Positions 55,537-64,000 of a stretch of DNA of 64,000 bases are shown here, one piece after another. This DNA is from Octopus vulgaris (Eukaryota), in contig OX597817.1 of the NCBI GenBank assembly GCA_951406725.2, positions 130,076,001-130,140,000 on the forward strand. The letters are read 5' to 3'. Below the pieces are notes generated by a model. That model was given only the letters and a program-made list of their open reading frames with translations, had not been told where the DNA came from and searched no databases. Within the stretch, counting starts at the first letter, position 1. Every line of letters starts with the position of its first letter. Position numbers and translations under genes: made by a program.

Positions 55537-57594
55537 CAGTGTCAATCTTTCGTCAATCCAGCGCCCACTTTAATGACAAATCGAATTTGATCCGTATTTC
55601 TCCTTTAATCTTCTGCTGTGGTATTCAAATGAGATTGAAGTTTAATTCGAATGTGCTTATTAGACATTTTATTGTTGTAGAAACTAGGAAAGAAAAAGGA
55701 AAATAAATATGATTAAGGAAAATTGATAGATAATTAGCAGCTTCATGAAAATCACCGTCTTTCTAGATTTAACAGTGAACATAGCTTGCAAAAAATAGTG
55801 AACAAACAAAATTAGTGACTCGGTGGTTGTTTAGTTTTCATTAATTTGCTGACGTTTGATGATGAGCGCCAATCTTCTTCCACGAACGAGACCTAATTCC
55901 ATTCTGTTCTTGGTTTGATTCTCTTTTAGTAGGCAGCATAGTATAAAATGCAGTATTTTTATATGCTGCATAGTAGAAAATACAGTCTCACATAGATAAG
56001 TTGTGTTAAGCAGAATTATTGATTTCAACGCTATCTTTGCAAACATTTAGCTGTTTTAATCAGAATTCTATCAAGGAAAGCGATAGGAAAAAATTTTAAT
56101 GGCTTCGTTACTGTTATTCCAACAATTTCACTTTAAAGTCATCGTCCACGCCCGACAAGATGGGTCGCCGGATCCTGTTGTCAAGTTTCTTTCAGTAGGA
56201 GTGGCTGGGTGGTAAGTAGTTTGTTTATCAACCACATGGTTCAGGGTTCAGTCCCACTGCGTGTCACTTTGGACAAGTGTCTTCTACTATAGCTGCGGAC
56301 CGACCAAAGCCTTGTCAGTGGATTTGGTAGACGGAAACTGAAGGAAGCCCGCCGTATATATGTATACATATATATGTGTGTGTGTGTGTGTGTGTGCGTA
56401 AATGTTTGTGTGTCTGTGTTTGTCACCCCAACATCATTTGACAACAGATGCTGGTGTGTTTACGTCCCCGTAACTTAGTGGTTTGGCAAAAGAGACCGAT
56501 AGAATAAGTACTAGGCTTACAAAGAATAAGTCCTGGGGTCAGTTTGCTCGACTAAAGGTGGTGCTCCAGCATGTCCGCAGTCAAATGGCTGAAACAAGTA
56601 AAAGAGAATATATTTCTCTAACATATTCTGAAGCTCCGTTTGATGATACCGGCCTCTTTTTTTCAATGATGGATCGATTTCCAAATGTTCCCTGATTCTT
56701 TCCACAAAAAGGTGAAACGACGATAGATCTTTTTCAATTTGGCGTTTCCAAAGTGAGACCTTTTTATCAAATAACTCAACCATATCAAGATACTGCAACC
56801 TGTTTGCTTCCAGCATCTTCATTGTGAGTTTCTCTTTATTCTGATGGTCTAATAAGTTTAAGAAATAAACAACGGACAAAATCTCAAAGTTTTCTACCGA
56901 ATTATTTCTGTTTTCGATTTTAAAAAATGGCTATTTCCTTAGACATAATAACAATTCGATTGAAAATCCTACTTCATAAAAGTTTAATACACTACAAGGT
57001 GGAAAAACAAAATTTGATATTCACTTCTCAATTTCTTGTAATCCTGTAACTGATAATGAAATTTGAAGTTTTAATAACAACATCCATGATTTCTTAAAAT
57101 TTCAGTTGTAAAGTCTTCATAGTAATTTCCTACCGATGAAGTATACTGTGGTAAAATATTTATGTGAAGAACTCTCAGCTTCACCAGAACTGCAAAACTG
57201 GAATTGTGTTCAGTCATCGGTAGTGCACCATCAATATACTCAGCTCTCAAGGATTTTCCACATTTCATTATGTTCAAAATGTCAACATGGTTGACGCACA
57301 AAATAAATTCATATTTCAAGGTGTATCATCGAGCACATATCGATTACATACATCCAATTGGCACGTATTTAAGACGACAGCCGATTCATCTAATTGAATT
57401 CAAATGAAACATATTTGTCGTTTCATTTCCTTTATCAGGTAAACGAGGACATAATCCCACATTTCGGTATTTTTCGATTGCAATGATACTTGAAATAGAG
57501 TGGGCGTATTGAATGAATGAATGAATGAATGAGAAAGAGAGAAAGAGAGAGAGACGGAGAGAGAGTGAGTGTGAGAGAGAGAGAGACATGGAGG

Positions 57595-57630
<36 letters not shown>

Positions 57631-58100
57631 TAGACAGATAGGCAGACAGACAGGCAGACAGAGATGGTGACTCAAATTTTCTTACTCTTGAAGTGGTTTG
57701 GCAATCTTCTTTGGTTTACAGGGATAGATTTTTCCTTAATATAAATACACCCCTCTTCAACAAGATTCAAGAATTGGTTTTGGTGAGAGGCAGAATCTAA
57801 CTGGAATAGTTTTTTCTTCATATCGAACAAATTGTCAGACTGTTTGCCTTTTAATTACCGTGGAATTCTTGCGAATTTATAATTCGAACTTCACACTATA
57901 AAGTTACAAAACATACACTCTGTTTCATCAGGACCACCAAGGTGTCTAAGACAGATATAAAATTATATTCCACATATTTGTCATTTTTTCTGACAGCTTT
58001 CATTTGAGCTTGGCTCCTATTGTCACTTGTACTAACTTGGGTCATAGGTGAAACCAAACCAAGTATGACAACTAACAGTATCCGTAGCGCAAACAAGCGA
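55537..58100 (-). mobile_element. Decayed hAT (Charlie-like) transposon interrupted by a SINE and a microsatellite
   Basis: FAKIALKSIILLNTTYLCETVFS (hAT dimerisation domain), FDKKVSLWKRQI and IDGALPM (cf. TDGAPAM); boundaries approximate. Confidence 0.7.
56197..56609 (+). mobile_element. SINE family A, full length
   Basis: Same as 35767-36194. Confidence 0.93.
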
Positions 58101-59824
58101 ATGTAATCAGTAAATGAGAGTCGGTACGATGATTATTCTCAAGAGGCAACATATTTTATCTCCAAATTAGATAGGTGGATGTGTAGACACAACAACCAGG
58201 CTACATACGTACGAACTGTTTGTGGCTGAGGTGGGTAAGGAAGATATAGACACCATTAAAAAGGGAGGTAGAGAAGAGCAACGATAGCGACTGACGTCAT
58301 ACTAGCAAAGCGAGAGGTAGAAAAGTGGAAAACTAACTACAATATGTGTGTTATATGTACGTTTTTTTCCTTTTCTTCAGAATATGTTAATTCTTTGATT
58401 ACAGATTTTGTTTTTTGCTTTTTTTTTCTTTAAAGTTGCGTAAATTTTTCCTGAAATCTTTTCCACCATGCCCTGCGATTAATTTCAGCATTTCCTGGTG
58501 TTCGAATTTTCATTCTACAGTCATCCCCTCTTCCCCGTATGCTAACACGGTACACACAACTTATATTCTTGAGAATTATATTCCAATGCAATAACACGTG
58601 CACTCTACTATATTCTACACTAGGAATTCTCAAACCTTTTCTCCTGATACATCTCTTTCTTCTGTCTGGCTGTGTTGGCGCATCATTCTGAAGAATATAA
58701 TGTAAAATACACAACCAACGTAAAACATGACGATTTCCTTTAATTCAATGTAACATTTTTAATGATATTGATGGGCTTCACTCTTTTTATAAAGTAATTC
58801 AATTGTAGTTACAATGTCAGGGAGATACAGACACATATCCTTCTCAGTTGACAACCTTGCATAATATTTCTTTTTCGCTAACTGTGTGTGCATCGGAACA
58901 GCAAAAGCCCTTCTACCCATTTTTTTTATTTATTTAGAAATATACGGGTAAGACTTAGCCATGGAATACCAAAGTTTTATCTGGGAAAAAGTTTCAAAAA
59001 AGGTCATTGATTAAAATCATTTATAAATGCTAGAAGTGATTTCGAATGAGTTAATACTGCAATTCATTAACATCAGGAAAATAGGAACCTATACATGAAG
59101 TGAAATTAAAAGCTTATAGGTCATCATACATTGTTGCAAGCAGCGTAATAATTTCACTCATAGTCTTAAAACTGTTATAACTACCCTCTTTAATTTCTTT
59201 TATTCAATAACTGAAGTTACATTTGGAGTGGTTTTTACGTTTCGGCAAAATCTTTAACGGTATTCAGGTTGCCTTCAAATTACATCTTGATTCAAGTGAC
59301 CCACAAGAACTATCACTCAAGTAGTCTAATATTGCTCTCTATTTACTGTTAGAAAGTTAGTTTGTAAACTTTATTTCTTTATTTTTAAAAGGATCTATTT
59401 TAGTTCAATCTTCTCGTTACTGCAGCGCTAACGATCAAAGAAATGCCACTTCAGTGAATAACGGCGCCTTTCTCTCAGCCTTTAATTATTGACACAACAA
59501 GCGCAATTTAGTTGTGTCCCAGGGACTAGATATGAAAAATATCTCTTTGCATCACTGAGAATGGATATGAGAGCTGAAGGCAGCATCATCGTATATAAAG
59601 CATGCTTATGATTCAGAGAGCGCAAATAATTTACGCAAAGGGTGACATTTAACAGTTCTGCTAAAAGAATTCATCTACCACCATGAATTGCCGTAGCTCT
59701 ACCACTTATGCAGGTACCATTTCCTCGAAAAGACCATTCAAATATATCGTCTCTTTTCGCTGTGCTTTACAAAGACCTATGCATTGCAAGATACATAGAA
59801 ACACACACACACACACGCATATGT

Positions 59825-59939
<115 letters not shown>

Positions 59940-59972
59940 AGGGTGTTCATTAAAGATTTTTCCTCGTATATA

Positions 59973-60009
<37 letters not shown>

Positions 60010-60010
60010 A

Positions 60011-60188
60011 ATGTAACCACATGTGAATCGTTGGCGATTTGTTTTCCTCCGTCTTCTTTTTCTATTGGACTTTCCTCCGTTTCTGAAGAAGGGCTTTGCT
60101 CGAAACGTTAAACAATCTTTCTTTCCTTCCCTGAGCGTCTGCTAATACTTTACATGTACCACGTCCTCGCGTTGTTGTTGTTTTTTTG
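60011..60188 (+). mobile_element. Short HHR-bearing PLE-tail repeat following (TA)n
   Basis: Homologous to 17206-17412; contains the minimal hammerhead at 60079-60113. Confidence 0.8.
60079..60113 (+). ncRNA. Minimal type I hammerhead ribozyme motif (dimer-dependent type)
   Basis: gttt-CTGAAGA-a-gggc-ttt-gctc-GAAA-cg-TT-aaac; stem III reduced to the palindrome ACGT. Confidence 0.75.
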
Positions 60189-60228
60189 AGAGAGAGAGTG
60201 GGGGAGGAAGAGAGAAAGCGAGAAAGGG

Positions 60229-60325
<97 letters not shown>

Positions 60326-61475
60326 GGACATGCATAAATACATATATGTATGCATGAATGTGTTTGTGTGTTTCTGAGCGTGCGCGAACGCGTCATGTTG
60401 AATATTAAAGTTAGGGAAGCTTTGATTTCCTTTTTTTTTTAAATATTATCTAGCATACCAGATATCTTTCAACGAGCAAAATCATTTTTTAGTGACAGAA
60501 TATCCAGTTTCTTTGAAACATTTTCTTCCAACAATATTTTTGCTGCGATTGTGTGAGAGTTCTTACATTTTGCAATTTCTAGAGTAAGCATAATAATCTC
60601 AAATACTTCCCACCTGAAAGTCTGAAAGTTATACGATATTTATCTTCATTAAAATAAAAATGTATGTAAGTATAAGTACTATAAAATGACTACACACAAC
60701 CTTGCCATTTATAATTAAGAGAATAGATTTCTACATTTCTGGAATCCAGGTAACGTCGGATCCCACAGTTAATTTTCCTATATAATAACTCACAAAACGG
60801 GTATTATACATAGCTAACGATTACTTCGCAACCCACAAGAAATATTTCACACAGTCACTGCTATATACAATAAAACCTTTCACAAGATAATTAAAATAAT
60901 AGAATTAACACAATCAAATGAAGTCCATCATTTCGCTTCTCAAGACTTTGTTCAATACAACACAGACATCTCACACACTGCAGATATAAATAAACACAGA
61001 CACACATATATGCAGACACGCAAGTAACAATAGCACTCATAAATACATTTATTTACATATATATATATATATGTAATTTATACTTACGTACTGTGGGAAA
61101 TATGCTCCACATAGACAATAATAAAATGTAGTGTCATTTAAAAAAAGCACACAGACATTAAAAGACAATACAATATTGATTATAATATAAATACAAGTCC
61201 TGTCAATTAGGCTGAACGTAGTTTCTGACTAGTACATATTCTATCGATTCCAGAAGAATGATAGAATCGACCGCGGAGGGATTTTGAACACAAACGGTAA
61301 TATATTTCCGACAATAATTTGTAGCTTTTAATTAGAGACATAGCATATGATTTATCTATGTATCTATCTTCGTCTGTCTGTCTATCTATCTATCTGTCTG
61401 TTTCTCTCTGCCTCCTCTCTTTCTCTTTCTTTTTCTTTCTATGTATCTGTATATGTGTGTATGTAAATACATATA

Positions 61476-62665
61476 CAGGGGTTGGACAAAATAATGGAAA
61501 CACCTAGCATCATAGCATCATAATTTTGAAATATCTATAAAACCGCCAAGAGCTTGTTTATTTTTATGTTGTTTTTTTTTGTTTATTATTAGTGTTGCTT
61601 AATACGTTTTGCTAAAATTGCTGGGTTTTTTTTTTCAGATATCATCAGTAAAAGGTAATTAAAATTCACTAAAATAACAGATCTATCAGACTTTCAAAGA
61701 GGTCAAATTGTTGGTGCTCGTATGGCAGGCGTTAGCGTAACGAAAACAGCCGAAATGATTGGTGTATCAAGAAGTACTGTCTCGAAAGTAATGATAGCCT
61801 TTGAGAAAGAAGGGAAAAACCTCCTCATCGAAACAAAACTCCAGAAGAAAACCAAAACTTTCAGATTGGGACCGTCGGACGTGAATTATTAGAAAGGATC
61901 ACAAAAGTGCAGCACCCAAAATTACTGCAGAGCTTCATGACCATCACGAGAACTCAGCTTCCATAAAAGCTGTTCGCCGAGAGCTGCACAAAGCCGGATT
62001 TCACGGGAGGGCTGCAATCAGAAAACCACTACTTTCAAAAACAAACACTGCAAAGCGTTTAGAATGGAGTAAAAACCTATAGAATTGGTCCCTTGAGCAG
62101 TGGAAGAATGTTATTTTCTCGAACGAGTCATCCTTTACCTTATTTACGACCACCGGCCGAGTATACGTGTAGAGACAACCAGAAGAAGCATTTGACCCTG
62201 ACTGCCTTTTTCGAACTGTTAAACATGGTGGAGGATTTGTGATGATCCGCCGGCCTAATGGTTTCCCTTCAAGGTAGAATTAATGGTTGCGGAACTGTTT
62301 CCGGGGGGAAACGCAATCTTTAAGGATAATAATACAGCAATTCACACAGCTAAAGTTGTTACTGAATGGTACGAGAAACATTCTAGTGAAGCTGAACATT
62401 TTATCTGGCCACCACAGTCCCCAGATCTCAATATTGAACATTTAAGGTGCATTGTGAGGAGTCGAATCTTCCACCATCATCACTACAAGATCTGGAGACT
62501 GTTTCAGCTGAAGAATCGACAAAATTCCAAATGAAACAATTTAAACTGTGTACGAGTCCATATCTCGTAGAATTCAAGCTGGAATTACTGCCAAAGGCAG
62601 TCCTACCCCTTATTAAAATAAATTTGTTTGAAATTTTAAGGTGTCTCCATTATTTTGTCCAACCC

Positions 62666-62668
<3 letters not shown>
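61476..62668 (+). mobile_element. Tc1 (DD34E-type) transposon with both TIRs, pseudogenised transposase
   Basis: 30-bp TIR caggggttggacaaaataatgga(a/g)acacct, TA on both flanks; DLSDFQRGQIVGARMAG HTH, WKNVIFSNES, TVKHGGG, FKDNNTAIH, WPPQSPDLNIEHL. Confidence 0.97.
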
Positions 62669-62728
<60 letters not shown>

Positions 62729-63139
62729 TGTGTGCAGAGAGAGAGGAGGAGAAAAGGGATCTAAGTATATGAATGTGCTCGTGTGTTTGGGTGTGTGCAT
62801 ATTTCTGTGTCGATTTAATTGACAAACAAGATTACATAACAAAAACCGTGTGTTCTTTTGAACATGCAGTGCACATCAGTGAGTTCGAAACTGATAAATT
62901 TATTCTCGATGGTTGTGGGCTTATCGTACTGTCGGGAAGTGGAAATCATTTCAGTCTTTTTGCTTATATATTTTCTCCAGAGGATACAGTAATAATCACA
63001 GAAACCGACCTGAAATTCATTATATACGTCAATAATAAGAAAGAAGAAAGTCCTCTTTAATACCTAATAACCACCGCCATAAAACATTAGTAAGTGAAAT
63101 ATTATATGGTATAACCCACCATAGAATAATTGCATAAGG

Positions 63140-63372
63140 AAGGCGGTGAGCTGGCAGAAATGTTAGCACGCCGGGCGAAATGCTTAGCGGTATTTCATCA
63201 GCGTTACGTTCTGAGTTCAAATTCCACCGAGGTCGACTTTGCCTTTCATCCTTTTGGGGTCGATAAATTAAGTACCAGTTACGCACTGGGGTCGATGTAA
63301 TCAACTTAATCCATTTGTCTGTCCTTGTTTGTCCCCTCTATGTTTAGCCCCTTGTGGGCAATAATGAAATAA
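63140..63372 (+). mobile_element. SINE family B, full length
   Basis: aaggcggtgagctggcagaa..gagttcaaattcc..gccccttgtgggcaataa. Confidence 0.93.
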
Positions 63373-63813
63373 GAATAATCGTATGAAAAACAATGTTCTG
63401 TAGATTTTCTTCTTTTTAACACCAAAGTGTGTACGCAGACGTACACACACACATAAACGCATAAATATATACTCACTCATTTAGCATGTTACACACACGT
63501 ACACGCACACACACACACACAAAACACACACACAACACACATGCCTCAAACTAAAATGCCATAGCACCAAATGGTTTTGCATGTTTGCGTGGGGGAGTAA
63601 ATGCTGCATTTGTTTCTGTTTCATTATGTGCGCATCTACATGTATTGTATACACATATATATATATATTCATATATATATGCATATACACGAGTGTGTGT
63701 GTATACACATGCGCGTGTGTGTTTGTGTATGTGTTTGAATGCTTGCAATATATATGCATATATTGGTGTGTATTGTAAGGGTATGTAATAGTCATTGCAT
63801 AGACAATTTCTTT

Positions 63814-63849
<36 letters not shown>

Positions 63850-64000
63850 TGAGACAGAGAGAGAGAGAAAGACAGAGAGAACCACGAAATCATGTGTGTG
63901 TGTATATATATACCTATATATATGTATATAAGCATACACCAACGCACTCACACAATCATAAGTACAAACCCATACACAGGCACGCGCGCATGCACACACA

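Noticed and set aside
62981-63060. Strong acceptor ttttctccAG followed by a short open frame (possible terminal exon)
   Set aside because: No recognisable peptide and two frames are equally plausible

Overview
AT-rich, extremely microsatellite-dense eukaryotic genomic DNA with one 100-N scaffold gap. The SINE families and repeat spectrum resemble an Octopus (coleoid cephalopod) genome; this is an inference from recalled repeat sequences, not a database result. No intact protein-coding gene is visible, and almost all ORFs in the supplied track are microsatellite translations. The window is a mosaic of mobile-element remnants: several tRNA-derived SINE families (one with a built-in internal microsatellite), R4/Dong-clade RLE retrotransposons next to (TAA)n/(TAG)n tracts, RTE and CR1 LINE ends, a short RTE-derived element with a 15-bp TSD, Tc1, mariner and hAT DNA transposon relics, and many Penelope-like element (PLE) pieces (RT and GIY-YIG fragments). 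The most striking signal is a diverse set of hammerhead-ribozyme (HHR) motifs, four with intact CUGANGA/GAAA/UH core motifs, including a ~70-bp HHR-only insert in a (TA)n tract. These occur together with at least eight fold-back inverted repeats, several abutting (TA)n. Two or three small in-frame phase-0 candidate exons on the + strand (8195-8260, 11171-11197, 23099-23182) suggest that part of the window is intronic to an unidentified host gene.
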